From positions 16,831 to 80,830 of the forward strand of contig CAVVQJ010000003.1 of NCBI GenBank assembly GCA_963750385.1: 64,000 bases of DNA, given 5' to 3'. The notes below the pieces were generated by a model. It was not told the origin of the DNA. It worked only from the letters and a program-made list of their open reading frames with translations, and did not search any database. A program made the position numbers and the translations under genes. Origin of the DNA: an uncultured Alphaproteobacteria bacterium (GTDB lineage Bacteria; Pseudomonadota; Alphaproteobacteria; Sphingomonadales; Sphingomonadaceae). Below, in pieces: positions 36,296 to 45,314 of the stretch. The first letter of the stretch is position 1; every line of letters begins with the position of its first letter.

Positions 36296-36940
36296 ATGAC
36301 GCTGCCCGACTTTGAGGCGATGCGCTATCGGATGGTTGAAACGCAGATCGCCTCGCGCGGTATCGATAATCCCGCGTTGCTTGACGCCTTCAGGTCGGTT
36401 CCGCGCGAAATGTTCGTGGCGCCCGAATATCAGGCAAGCGCTTATTCCGACGGGCCGCTGCCGATCGGAATTGGGCAGACGATTTCCCAACCCTACATTG
36501 TAGCCCTGATGATCGCGGCGGCGGACATCGGTCCAGAGGATCAAGTGCTCGAAGTGGGCGCGGGATCGGGTTATGCCGCCGCCATTCTGGGCAAGGTCGC
36601 TTGCAAGGTGATCGCGATCGAACGCCACCCTGAGTTGGTGGCGGAGGCGCGGGAGAGGATCGAGGCGCTGGGCCTTGCCAATGTGACGATCGTCGATGCG
36701 GATGGAACGAAAGGCTGGCCAAAAGCGGCGCCATTTGACGCCATCCTCGTTGCGGCGGCGGCGGAACGTGTGCCGCAACCCTTGCTCAATCAGCTCCGAA
36801 ATCCGGGCGGGCGGCTCGTCGCCCCGGTTGGCGGTCAGGGTTGGGGACAATCGCTGATCAAGATCGTCCGCGATGGCGCGGAGGAATTCGTTACGACCGA
36901 TCTCGGCGGCGTGCGCTTCGTCCCGCTAATCAGCGATTGA
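36296..36940 (+). CDS. pcm: protein-L-isoaspartate O-methyltransferase
   Basis: VPREMFVAPEY...GQTISQPYIVALM...VLEVGAGSGYAAAIL...FDAILVAAAA. Confidence 0.9.
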   Translation: MTLPDFEAMRYRMVETQIASRGIDNPALLDAFRSVPREMFVAPEYQASAYSDGPLPIGIGQTISQPYIVALMIAAADIGPEDQVLEVGAGSGYAAAILGKVACKVIAIERHPELVAEARERIEALGLANVTIVDADGTKGWPKAAPFDAILVAAAAERVPQPLLNQLRNPGGRLVAPVGGQGWGQSLIKIVRDGAEEFVTTDLGGVRFVPLISD

Positions 36941-36943
36941 ATT

Positions 36944-38596
36944 TCAGCGTGCGTGGAGCGCGGAAATGGTCGTCTGGTTGCTGATCACCTCGACGTCGGT
37001 GATGCAGTGAAGGAGGCGGATGCCTTTGCGGTTCAGGGCTTCTTCCAATGCTGGGGCAAAATCCTCGGTGGCGTCGACGAGCTCGGCCCAGCCGCCAAAG
37101 GCCTCGGCCAGCTTGACGAAGTCCGGGTTGGCCAGTTCCGTTGCGCTGACACGCGCTGGATAGTCGCGCTCCTGGTGCATGCGGATGGTGCCATATGCGC
37201 CATTGTCGACCAGAATCACGAGCAGGTCGGAGCCGTACTGCGCGGCGGTCGCCAACTCCTGCCCGTTCATCAGGAAATCGCCATCGCCGGCGACGCAAAC
37301 CACGGGCCGGTCCTTGAATCTGAGCGCAGCGGCGACGGCGGCGGGCAGGCCGTAACCCATCGTACCACTGGTCGGCGCGAGTTGAGTCGGCATTACTCCG
37401 TAACGCCAGTAGCGGTGCCACCAGCCGGAGAAATTCCCCGCGCCGTTGCAGATGATGGTGTTCGCCGGCATCGCTTCGCGCATGGCCTTCACGCACGGGC
37501 CAAGGTCGAGCTTCACATTGTCACGGGGGCTTGGTTTGCTCCACTCCAGCCATTCACGGTGTGCCTCCTCGCCGGCCTTGAACGGCAACAGGTCGGGGTC
37601 GTGCCAATCGGCGGCGACCTCCGCGAATTCGTCCATTTCAGCACAGATCGGCAGGTCGGCCTTGTAGACGCGGCCAAGCTCGTTGGGGTCGGGATGGACG
37701 TGGATCAATAGCTGGTCGGGGTGGTCGGCGGTGATGAGCTTGTAACCGTCGGTCGTCGCCTCGCCGAGCCGGGCGCCGACGACGAGGAGCAAGTCCGCCT
37801 CGCGGATGCGCTGCTGGAGCTTGGGATTGGGGCCGTACCCCAGTTGCCCGGCATAGACTCGGCAGCTGTTGTCGATCGCGTCCTGCCGGCGGAAGCTGGC
37901 CGCGACCGGAATTCCGTGGCGTGCGGCGAACGTCTCGAAATGATGGGCCGCGGCCGGGTTCCAGCCGGCGCCGCCGATGATCGCCACCGGGTCGGTCGCG
38001 TCCTTGAGCAGGCCGAACATCGCCTCCATCGCCCCGGCGCAGGGCGGCTGGTTGATCGGCGGGATCGGGGGGCGGTCGAGCGCCTCTACCTCGTCGCGCA
38101 GCATGTCCTCGGGGATCGCCAGTACCACCGGCCCGGGCCGTCCCGCCGTCGCCATCCGCCAGGCGCGGGCGACATATTCGGGGATGCGCCGTGCGTCGTC
38201 GATCCGCGCCGCCCATTTGGCGATGGGACCGAAAAATGCCGCCAGGTCGATTTCTTGGAACCCCTCGCGGTCGCGGTCGGCCCGATCGAGGTCGCCGACG
38301 AACAGGATCATCGGCGTCGAATCCTGAAAGGCGACATGGACGCCGGCGCTGGCATTGGTCGCTCCGGGTCCCCGGGTGACGAAGGCGACCCCGGGCCGCC
38401 CGGTCATCTTGCCGTCGGCGTCGGCCATATAGGACACGCCACCTTCCTGCCGGCAAACCACCAGGTCGATCTCTGGCGCATCGTGCAGCGCGTCGAGCAC
38501 GGCGAGGAAGCTCTCCCCCGGCACGGTGAAAATACGGTCGCAGCCCTGGATCTTGAGCTGGTCGACGAGGATCTGGCCGCCGGTGCGTGTCGTCAT
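36944..38596 (-). CDS. thiamine-diphosphate-dependent enzyme (acetolactate synthase-like family)
   Basis: 550 aa; RIFTVPGESFLAVLDAL...CRQEGGVSYMADA...TRGPGATNA...GTMGYGLPAAVAA...GDGDFLMNGQELATA. Confidence 0.85.
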   Translation of the reverse strand: MTTRTGGQILVDQLKIQGCDRIFTVPGESFLAVLDALHDAPEIDLVVCRQEGGVSYMADADGKMTGRPGVAFVTRGPGATNASAGVHVAFQDSTPMILFVGDLDRADRDREGFQEIDLAAFFGPIAKWAARIDDARRIPEYVARAWRMATAGRPGPVVLAIPEDMLRDEVEALDRPPIPPINQPPCAGAMEAMFGLLKDATDPVAIIGGAGWNPAAAHHFETFAARHGIPVAASFRRQDAIDNSCRVYAGQLGYGPNPKLQQRIREADLLLVVGARLGEATTDGYKLITADHPDQLLIHVHPDPNELGRVYKADLPICAEMDEFAEVAADWHDPDLLPFKAGEEAHREWLEWSKPSPRDNVKLDLGPCVKAMREAMPANTIICNGAGNFSGWWHRYWRYGVMPTQLAPTSGTMGYGLPAAVAAALRFKDRPVVCVAGDGDFLMNGQELATAAQYGSDLLVILVDNGAYGTIRMHQERDYPARVSATELANPDFVKLAEAFGGWAELVDATEDFAPALEEALNRKGIRLLHCITDVEVISNQTTISALHAR

Positions 38597-38614
38597 GGAC
38601 GGCGCCTTACCGCC

Positions 38615-38953
38615 CTAGTGCGTCCGCTCCAAGTCCTGCTTCAACTTCGCCAGCATTCCTACCGCCGCCTTCGCATGTGGGCCGATCCAGCGTTCATGGA
38701 TGGCGTGGATCGGCAAGGGGTTCAGATGGTTCCAGCGCGAACGGCCCTTGCGATCGACGAGAACCAGATCGGCCGCTTCCAGCACCTTGAGATGCTGCAT
38801 GACGGTACAGCGGTCGATGTCGGGGAACAGCGCTACGAGTGCGCCCGTGGTCAGCGGCTGATCGCGCAGCGTGTCGAGGATGGAGCGGCGGGTGCCGTTG
38901 CCCAGCGCCTTGAAGATGGCATCGTAGCGATCGGCTTCGGGCGAATTTGACAT
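38615..38953 (-). CDS. ArsR/SmtB-family transcriptional regulator
   Basis: IFKALGNGTRRSILDTLRDQPLTTGALVALFPDIDRCTVMQHLKVLEAADLV is a winged-helix HTH. It lies 18 nt upstream of the ThDP enzyme gene on the same strand. Confidence 0.85.
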   Translation of the reverse strand: MSNSPEADRYDAIFKALGNGTRRSILDTLRDQPLTTGALVALFPDIDRCTVMQHLKVLEAADLVLVDRKGRSRWNHLNPLPIHAIHERWIGPHAKAAVGMLAKLKQDLERTH

Positions 38954-38971
38954 GTTATAGAATTATAACAT
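38952..38971. promoter_or_regulatory. AT-rich perfect inverted repeat, candidate ArsR-family operator
   Basis: ATGTTATA-gaat-TATAACAT has 8-bp perfect arms. It overlaps the arsR-like start codon, lies in the 49-nt divergent intergenic region, and is the only AT-rich patch locally. Confidence 0.45.
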
Positions 38972-39002
38972 ATTGCCTGCCCTTGCAAGGAGGCGAATCG
39001 CC

Positions 39003-39452
39003 ATGGACCCGACCTTCAAGGTATTCATCATCGTCAACCGCCCGCGCCATCAGGTGTTCGAGGCAGTTGCCGACCCAAAGGAACTATCGTCCTATTTCAC
39101 CACCGGCGGCGCGAGCGCGCGGTTGGAACAGGGACAAACGGTGACCTGGGATTTCGCCGATTTCCCCGGCGCTTTTCCAGTCGATGTGACCGAGGTCGTC
39201 CCGGGCGAAAAGATCGTGTTCACCTGGAAGGCCAATGAGCCGGACACCGATTATCAGCTGCAGGTGACGATGCGCTTTTCGGACGTCGAAGAGGGCCGCA
39301 CCAAGGTTGAGGTCGAGGAGGCCGGCTGGCGCTCGACCGACGCGGCGCGCACGGCAAGTTATGGCAATTGCATGGGCTGGGCGCAAATGCTCGCGGCGCT
39401 CAAGATGTGGGCCGAGCATCGTATTAACCTGCGCGAAGGGGCCTACCGCTGA
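39003..39452 (+). CDS. SRPBCC / AHSA1 (Aha1-like) domain protein
   Basis: MDPTFKVFIIVNRPRHQVFEAVADPKELSSYFT...VTWDF...IVFTW...; AAGGAGG RBS. Divergent from the ArsR gene, which is a common pairing. Confidence 0.8.
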   Translation: MDPTFKVFIIVNRPRHQVFEAVADPKELSSYFTTGGASARLEQGQTVTWDFADFPGAFPVDVTEVVPGEKIVFTWKANEPDTDYQLQVTMRFSDVEEGRTKVEVEEAGWRSTDAARTASYGNCMGWAQMLAALKMWAEHRINLREGAYR

Positions 39453-39737
39453 ACTTAAATCGGACAGCGCGCCCTCAATGTGCTAAACCCTTGGTATCAC
39501 TTGATCCCGATCCGAAGCTTCCTGTGACTGAGAGACCGCCCGAGCTCTCGCTTTGCCGCAGGAATTCAACTTGATGGACCTCAATTTCCAACTGATGCGA
39601 GAACAGATTGCGCTGCATGGCGCCGGACGAGCTCGATCCCCGTCGCGCCGCGAAGGACATCGCATCGACGCGCGGATTATCCGCAGCATAATCGATCACC
39701 GGTTTGGTGCCCGCAGCCCGTACCCGCCGGTGTCGGC

Positions 39738-39962
39738 ATGAGCCGCGTCCTGCTGCTGAACATGTCGACCCAGGCCGCGACCGACGAATGCCAGAAGCAA
39801 AAAATCGGCGTTTCCGCCCTGGAAGCAATTCCGGCAGGCGGCGTTCGCCTGGTGACGATGAGCATGGAGGGCGCCGAGCGGCTCCGCACCAAGCTCAAGT
39901 CGAAGCTTCTGAAAGGCGACGTCGTTCGCGAACGCCACCGGCCCACGCGCCCGCTTTGGTAA
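39738..39962 (+). CDS. hypothetical small protein (74 aa)
   Basis: About 80% GC3 by hand count, which is a coding-like codon pattern. MSRVLLLNMSTQAATDECQKQKIGVSALEAIPAGGVRLVTMSMEGAERLR... I recognise no family. Confidence 0.4.
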   Translation: MSRVLLLNMSTQAATDECQKQKIGVSALEAIPAGGVRLVTMSMEGAERLRTKLKSKLLKGDVVRERHRPTRPLW

Positions 39963-39968
39963 TACGGG

Positions 39969-41396
39969 CTAAGCCTGGTGAATCGCCTTGACCACCTGGT
40001 AGCTCTCCAGCCCCTCCTTCCCGCCTTCGCTTCCGAAGCCTGAATCCTTCACCCCGCCGAACGGAGCGTCGGCGACGGAGATGGCGAAGGTGTTGATGCC
40101 GACCATCCCGCTTTCGATCAGGTCGCCGATCAAGTTCGCCCGGCGACCGTTCTCGGTGAAGGCGAAGGCGGCGAGGCCGAAGGGGAGGCGGTTGGCCTGC
40201 TCCATCACTTCGTCGAAGGTCGAGAATGCGCGGGTCACCGCGACCGGGCCGAACGGCTCCTCGTTCATGATATTCGCCTCGTTGGGCACATCGGCAAGCA
40301 GCGTCGGCTGGAAGAAGAAGCCGCTGTCGCCCTTCGATCCCCCGGCAAGGACACGCGCGCCCTTTGCGGCGGCGTCGTCGATCAATGCCCCAACCGCCTC
40401 AGGGCGCCGGTCGTTGGCCAGCGGCCCCATCTTCGTGTCCGCCTCCAACCCGTTGCCGACCTTTACCTTGGCGGTGCGTTCGGCGAAACCTTTCAAGAAG
40501 GCGTCATAGATCGAATCCTGCACATAGAAGCGCGTCGGCGAAACGCAAACCTGGCCAGCGTTACGGAATTTCTGAGGCACGACCATGTCGAGCGTCTTTT
40601 CCAGGTCGCAATCTTCGAAAATCAACACCGGCGCGTGCCCGCCGAGCTCCATCGTGATCCTCGTCATGCTGTCCGCGGCCAAGCGCATCAGATGCTTGCC
40701 GACCGCAGTTGAGCCGGTGAAGCTGACCTTGCGGATTTCTCTGGATCCGATCAGCGTCGTGCTGATCAGGTTTGCGTCGCCGTGAACCAGTTGGGCAACG
40801 CCCTTGGGGATGCCGGCGTCGGCCAACGCACGGAACAACTCGGTCGCGCATCCCGGTGTTTCATGCGGCGGGCGGGAAATGACGGTGCACCCCGCGGCGA
40901 GCGCGGCCGACACTTTCTTGGCTAGCAGATAGATCGGGAAATTCCACGGCGTGAAGGTCGCGACCGGGCCGACCGGCTGACGGATCACGCGCGACAGCAA
41001 ACCGGCGGGGCGAACCAGCGTTCGGCCATAGTCGCGCTTGATCTCCTCCGCATACCAATCGAACAACTGCGCGCTACCCAGCACTTCGGCCTTGGCTTCG
41101 GGCAGGATCTTGCCCTGCTCCTGCGTCAGGATCGCGCCGATATGGTCGGCCCGCTCCCGCAGCAGCGCGGCGGCCTTGTGCAATATGGCGCCCCGCTTCT
41201 CGACATCGGTCGAACGCCATTCGGGCCAGGCGCGGTCGGCGGCGGCGATCGCCTCCTCAAGGTCGGCCTTGCTTGCGTAGGGGACCTCGGCGATGCCGTC
41301 GGCGGTGACCGGATTGACGACCGTATGCGCCTCGCGGCCTTCGCCGCTTTTCCACACGCCGTCGATGAATAGCTGGAGGTCTGTGTCGTAGGTCAT
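39969..41396 (-). CDS. NAD(P)-dependent aldehyde dehydrogenase (succinate-semialdehyde dehydrogenase-like)
   Basis: 475 aa; FTPWNFP, KVSFTGSTAVGK, ELGGHAP, NAGQVCVSPTR, EEPFGPV motifs. Confidence 0.9.
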   Translation of the reverse strand: MTYDTDLQLFIDGVWKSGEGREAHTVVNPVTADGIAEVPYASKADLEEAIAAADRAWPEWRSTDVEKRGAILHKAAALLRERADHIGAILTQEQGKILPEAKAEVLGSAQLFDWYAEEIKRDYGRTLVRPAGLLSRVIRQPVGPVATFTPWNFPIYLLAKKVSAALAAGCTVISRPPHETPGCATELFRALADAGIPKGVAQLVHGDANLISTTLIGSREIRKVSFTGSTAVGKHLMRLAADSMTRITMELGGHAPVLIFEDCDLEKTLDMVVPQKFRNAGQVCVSPTRFYVQDSIYDAFLKGFAERTAKVKVGNGLEADTKMGPLANDRRPEAVGALIDDAAAKGARVLAGGSKGDSGFFFQPTLLADVPNEANIMNEEPFGPVAVTRAFSTFDEVMEQANRLPFGLAAFAFTENGRRANLIGDLIESGMVGINTFAISVADAPFGGVKDSGFGSEGGKEGLESYQVVKAIHQA

Positions 41397-41469
41397 GGGG
41401 GTGAGATAGGCCTCGCTTGATGCGCCCGCAACTGGCCGCTAGTCGGGAACGCGAAAAGGAGAAACCGCC

Positions 41470-41769
41470 ATGACGAAGTCGGAACTGGTCGCGAAGATGC
41501 AGGATGCGGGGGCCTGGCTTCCGGGCAAGACAGTCAAGATCGACTTTGGCGATGACGGGTCGATCCTGTTGGACGGCGTGAATTCGCTGGTCAGCGAGAA
41601 TGACGGTGCCGCCGACACGACCATCAAGGTCAGCTGGGATGACTGGCAGGCGCTCAGCAGCGGGCAACTCGATGGAATGACCGCCTTCATGACCGGCAAG
41701 CTCAAGGTCGAAGGCGACATGTCCAACGCCATGCAGCTGCAAAGCGTATTGTCGAAACTGCGAGGTTAG
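41470..41769 (+). CDS. SCP2 sterol-binding domain protein
   Basis: 99 aa; ...TIKVSWDDWQALSSGQLDGMTAFMTGKLKVEGDMSNAMQL. Confidence 0.8.
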   Translation: MTKSELVAKMQDAGAWLPGKTVKIDFGDDGSILLDGVNSLVSENDGAADTTIKVSWDDWQALSSGQLDGMTAFMTGKLKVEGDMSNAMQLQSVLSKLRG

Positions 41770-41779
41770 TTCGTCGAAA

Positions 41780-41873
41780 CGTCATGGCGAGCGAAAGCGA
41801 AGGAATCCAACCAGGTGGCTTCGTCGCCAGCGCCTCGCCCAAGTGGCATCGTCGCCAGCGCCTCGCAATGACG
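41780..41873. repeat. REP/MITE-like palindromic intergenic element
   Basis: Terminal inverted repeats CGTCATGGCGAG (41780-41791) and CTCGCAATGACG (41862-41873), plus an internal direct repeat TCGTCGCCAGCGCCTCGC at 41821 and 41849. It resembles the cgtcattgcgag...aatcc type repeats widespread in alphaproteobacteria. Confidence 0.5.
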
Positions 41874-41882
41874 GAGGAAACC

Positions 41883-42359
41883 ATGCGTTGCTTCCTTTTC
41901 GTTGCCATCGCGATATTGGCCGTGCCGGCCACGGCACAACCCGCGACGGTCCTTGATGCCCGATCCGCTCAAGCGATCGTCGCCGGCTGCGCTGCTCATG
42001 CAGCGGCAAAGAATCAAAGCCATGCAATCGTGGTGGTCGACTTGGGTGGGCACCCAATCGCCACGCTCAGGATGGACGGCAACGGCAGCGGCATCTTCGA
42101 CTTCTCGATGGCCAAGGCGCGGGCTTCCGCCGCCTGGGGCTTTTCGACTGCCCAGATGTTGGAGAATTCACGTGGCACGCCCGGTTTCGCCAATGCTCCG
42201 CAAGTTGTGATCGTGCCCGGCGGCTTGCCGGTGTTTGGCGGCGAAGGTCGCACGCGGATCGGCGCGGTCGGCGTTTCGGGCGAGGCGCCATCCGACGACG
42301 CCGCCTGCGCTGAAGCCGGCATTCGCGCAGCCGGACTGCATAGCAGCCGCGCCAACTGA
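41883..42359 (+). CDS. GlcG/HbpS-family (DUF336) heme-binding protein, secreted
   Basis: Signal peptide MRCFLFVAIAILAVPATA; AIVVVDLGGHPIATLRMDG...KARASAAWGFST...GGLPVF...IGAVGVSGEAPSDDAACAEAG. Confidence 0.8.
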   Translation: MRCFLFVAIAILAVPATAQPATVLDARSAQAIVAGCAAHAAAKNQSHAIVVVDLGGHPIATLRMDGNGSGIFDFSMAKARASAAWGFSTAQMLENSRGTPGFANAPQVVIVPGGLPVFGGEGRTRIGAVGVSGEAPSDDAACAEAGIRAAGLHSSRAN

Positions 42360-42571
42360 CTCGGGCAGCCGAAAGGGTCAACATGGGCGCCTAAATCGGG
42401 TGGGCGCAGTCCGACCTTGCCTCGCTGAGCAGCATTCCCCGTTCCAGGACCGATCCCTCTTTCAATGGCGCCGGTGCTGATCGTTCCATGACCAAAATGA
42501 AGGCGCGCTGAAAGCCATTGGTTGACCCCTGCCAACGCGAACGCTTATCGGCTCGGGCCAAAGGAGAGCCG

Positions 42572-43279
42572 ATGCGCAAAATCTATTCGGATGCCGAGGC
42601 CGCGCTTGAAGGGCTGTTGTTCGACGGCATGACGATCGCCGCTGGCGGGTTCGGCCTTTGCGGAATTCCGGAGCGGCTGATCGACGCGCTGGTCGCGAGC
42701 GGGGTCAAGGACCTCACCATCGCGTCGAACAATGCCGGGATCGACAATGAAGGGCTCGGCAAGCTGCTTCGCACCCGCCAGGTCAAGAAGATGATCTCGT
42801 CCTACGTCGGCGAGAACAAGGAGTTCGAGCGGCAATTCCTCGCCGGCGAGCTGGAGGTCGAATTCTGTCCGCAGGGCACTTTGGCCGAGCGTATGCGCGC
42901 CGGCGGCGCTGGAATCCCCGGTTTCTATACGAAGACCGGCGTCGGAACGCAGGTCGCGGAAGGCAAGGAATCGAAGAGCTTCGACGGTGAGGAATATATC
43001 CTCGAGCGCGGGATTCGCGCCGACCTCAGCATCGTCAAGGGGTGGAAGGCGGACGAGGCGGGCAATCTCATGTTCCGCAAGACTGCGCGCAACTTCAACC
43101 AGCCGGCGGCGACCTGCGGCAAGGTCTGCGTCGCCGAGGTCGAGGAAATCGTACCCATCGGATCGCTCGATTCCGACTGCATCCATCTGCCGTCCATCTA
43201 TGTGAAGCGGCTGATCAGCGGCGCGCCGTACGACAAGAAGATCGAATTCCGCACGGTCCGCGAAAGGGAGACGGCCTGA
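42572..43279 (+). CDS. scoA: 3-oxoacid CoA-transferase subunit A
   Basis: [34 protein letters not shown]...SNNAG...[20 protein letters not shown]. Confidence 0.93.
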   Translation: MRKIYSDAEAALEGLLFDGMTIAAGGFGLCGIPERLIDALVASGVKDLTIASNNAGIDNEGLGKLLRTRQVKKMISSYVGENKEFERQFLAGELEVEFCPQGTLAERMRAGGAGIPGFYTKTGVGTQVAEGKESKSFDGEEYILERGIRADLSIVKGWKADEAGNLMFRKTARNFNQPAATCGKVCVAEVEEIVPIGSLDSDCIHLPSIYVKRLISGAPYDKKIEFRTVRERETA

Positions 43280-43935
43280 TGAGCACCGACACCATCGCCA
43301 AGGGCTGGACCCGCGACCAGATGGCGGCGCGGGCGGCGAAAGAGCTTCGCGACGGCTATTACGTCAACCTCGGCATCGGCATCCCGACGCTTGTCGCGAA
43401 CAATATTCCCGAGGGCATGACCGTCACACTGCAAAGCGAGAACGGGATGCTTGGAATCGGGCCGTTCCCCTATGACGACGAAGTCGACGCCGACCTGATC
43501 AACGCCGGCAAGCAGACCATTAGCGAGCTTCCATCCTCATCCTATTTCAGCAGCAGCGACAGCTTCGCGATGATCCGTGGCGGTCACATCGATTTGACCG
43601 TGCTCGGAGCGATGGAAGTCAGCGAGAAGGGGGACATCGCCAACTGGATGATTCCGGGCAAGATGATCAAGGGCATGGGCGGGGCGATGGACCTCGTCGC
43701 CGGGGTCAAGAAGATCATCGTCGTCATGGAGCATGTGTCCAAGAACGGCGACCCGAAGTTCATCCCCGAATGCACGCTTCCGCTGACCGGCAAGAATGTC
43801 GTCGACATGATCATCACCGATCTTGCCGTGTTCCAGCGGCCGGATCATGACAGCGCTTTCAAGCTGATCGAGTTGGCGCCGGGCGTCACCGCCGAGGAAG
43901 TGCGCGAAAAAACGACCGCGAATTACGAACTATGA
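43279..43935 (+). CDS. scoB: 3-oxoacid CoA-transferase subunit B
   Basis: [14 protein letters not shown]...LQSENGMLG...GMGGAMDLV... (the SENG catalytic Glu motif). Its ATG overlaps the scoA TGA by 1 nt (43279). Confidence 0.93.
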   Translation: MSTDTIAKGWTRDQMAARAAKELRDGYYVNLGIGIPTLVANNIPEGMTVTLQSENGMLGIGPFPYDDEVDADLINAGKQTISELPSSSYFSSSDSFAMIRGGHIDLTVLGAMEVSEKGDIANWMIPGKMIKGMGGAMDLVAGVKKIIVVMEHVSKNGDPKFIPECTLPLTGKNVVDMIITDLAVFQRPDHDSAFKLIELAPGVTAEEVREKTTANYEL

Positions 43936-44795
43936 CAATTCGCGCTCTACTCCCATTGCTGGTGGTGGTTGCTTCGACGTCAGCCAGCGCCGAGGTGCCG
44001 ATCACGATTGCCAAAACCGGCCATGCGACGGTCCCGGTAATCGGCCCATTCGGAACCGAGTTTTTCGTATTCGATACGGGTGCAGGCGGGAGTGCGGTTT
44101 ACTCTGATTTCCAGAAGGCAAATAATTTTCCTGCCGGAGTGGGTGATGTTCTCACCGGCCAGACAGGCAGTTCCGAGCTACCAACTGTCATCCTCCCGCC
44201 AGTCACTCTCGACGGTCGCCGGGCCGAGGCGCTGGAGGCTGTCGTATTCCCGGCCAGGGCCGACGGCGTCCCTCTTCCGGGGGTGGTAGGCTTAGATCTG
44301 TTCGGCAAGATGACGGTCGACTTCGATCTGCCCAATCGACGCCTCGCCTTATTCAATTCCGGCCATATTCCGCCGGGAGTGACCGATCGGCCAGTGGCCA
44401 TTCAGACCACTACCGGCGATCTCCTGACCATGACACTGTCCATATCGGGAATCCCTGCCACGGCGGTGATCGACACCGGAGCGCGGAAGACCCGCATCAA
44501 CTGGAAGCTCGGCAAGTTGCTTTCCCTTTCGCCGGAAGCGCTAACCCCGGGGGATGTTATCTATGGTGCCACCAACGTGCCCATCGAGAGCTATTCCGGT
44601 ACGGTGAAGGATGTCTTGCTCGGCGGCCGGCATTTGCCCGAGGCGCCGGTGTTGGTGGCCGACTTACCCGTTTTTGAAGTGTTTGGAGTGGCCGACAAGC
44701 CTGCCGTGATCCTTGGGCTCGACTGGCTTGAGCAGACCCGGATGATCCTCGACATACCGGAGCGCAAGGCATGGTTTTTGACCGCTTCCGAATAG
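43932..44795 (+). CDS. secreted two-domain retropepsin-like aspartic protease
   Basis: Signal peptide; two D-T-G-A motifs ([10 protein letters not shown] and [10 protein letters not shown]), each followed by a GxxGLD(L/W) flap-like motif. ATGA overlap with the scoB stop. Confidence 0.7.
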   Translation: MTIRALLPLLVVVASTSASAEVPITIAKTGHATVPVIGPFGTEFFVFDTGAGGSAVYSDFQKANNFPAGVGDVLTGQTGSSELPTVILPPVTLDGRRAEALEAVVFPARADGVPLPGVVGLDLFGKMTVDFDLPNRRLALFNSGHIPPGVTDRPVAIQTTTGDLLTMTLSISGIPATAVIDTGARKTRINWKLGKLLSLSPEALTPGDVIYGATNVPIESYSGTVKDVLLGGRHLPEAPVLVADLPVFEVFGVADKPAVILGLDWLEQTRMILDIPERKAWFLTASE

Positions 44796-45061
44796 GATCG
44801 GTTGTATCCATCGCACTGCTTTGCAGCGGCTGTTCCAATCGCGAGCCGACTATCATCGACGGGTCGACCGGCGAGAATTTCGAAGCGACGTCGCAGGCCG
44901 CGCGCTTCGACCTGCCGATCGGCGATCGCCTGGCGTTCGACGCCGCGGTCAGGAACCCGCCCGGCCGCCGCTACGGCTCCACTTCGGCCCAGGTGGATGC
45001 TCTTGCACGGCAAACCTATGATGGGATGACTGCGGCCGAAGTGGTCAATTCTGCGCGGTAA
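44771..45061 (+). CDS. small lipoprotein, paralog of 46975..47253
   Basis: Lipobox LCSGC; PTIIDGSTGENFEATSQAARFDLPIGDRLAFDAAV...RRYG...YDGMTAAEVV aligns along its length with the 46975 protein. Confidence 0.6.
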   Translation: MVFDRFRIGSVVSIALLCSGCSNREPTIIDGSTGENFEATSQAARFDLPIGDRLAFDAAVRNPPGRRYGSTSAQVDALARQTYDGMTAAEVVNSAR

Positions 45062-45079
45062 GCGACGGGGAGCAAGATT

Positions 45080-45310
45080 ATGCGTTTTTGGTTGGTGGGA
45101 TTGATCGCGTCGGCAATTGCTTCGGGCGCTGCGACTAAGCCCGCTCCCCCGGTCGAACTTTGGCGGCTCGATTGCGGAACGATCGACATCGACGACCTCG
45201 CGGTGTTCCAGCGGCCCGACCACGGCAGTCCATTCAAGTTAATCGAGCTGGCGCCCGGCGTGACGGCCGAAGATGTTCTGGCCAGGACGTCGGCGAACTA
45301 CGTCGAGTAA
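45080..45310 (+). pseudogene. chimeric relic ORF: MBL-hydrolase N-terminus fused to scoB C-terminus
   Basis: Residues 1-40 (signal peptide...VELWRLDCGTIDIDDL) parallel 47263.. (MQLWRLDCGSLDVDL). Residues 40-76 ([37 protein letters not shown]) parallel the scoB end ([37 protein letters not shown]). The homology is also visible at DNA level. Confidence 0.65.
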
Positions 45311-45314
45311 GCCG

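Noticed and set aside
37721-38950. 409-aa plus-strand ORF (also 36953..37711 and 37638..38456).
   Set aside because: They are shadow ORFs antisense to, or out of frame with, the 550-aa ThDP enzyme gene.
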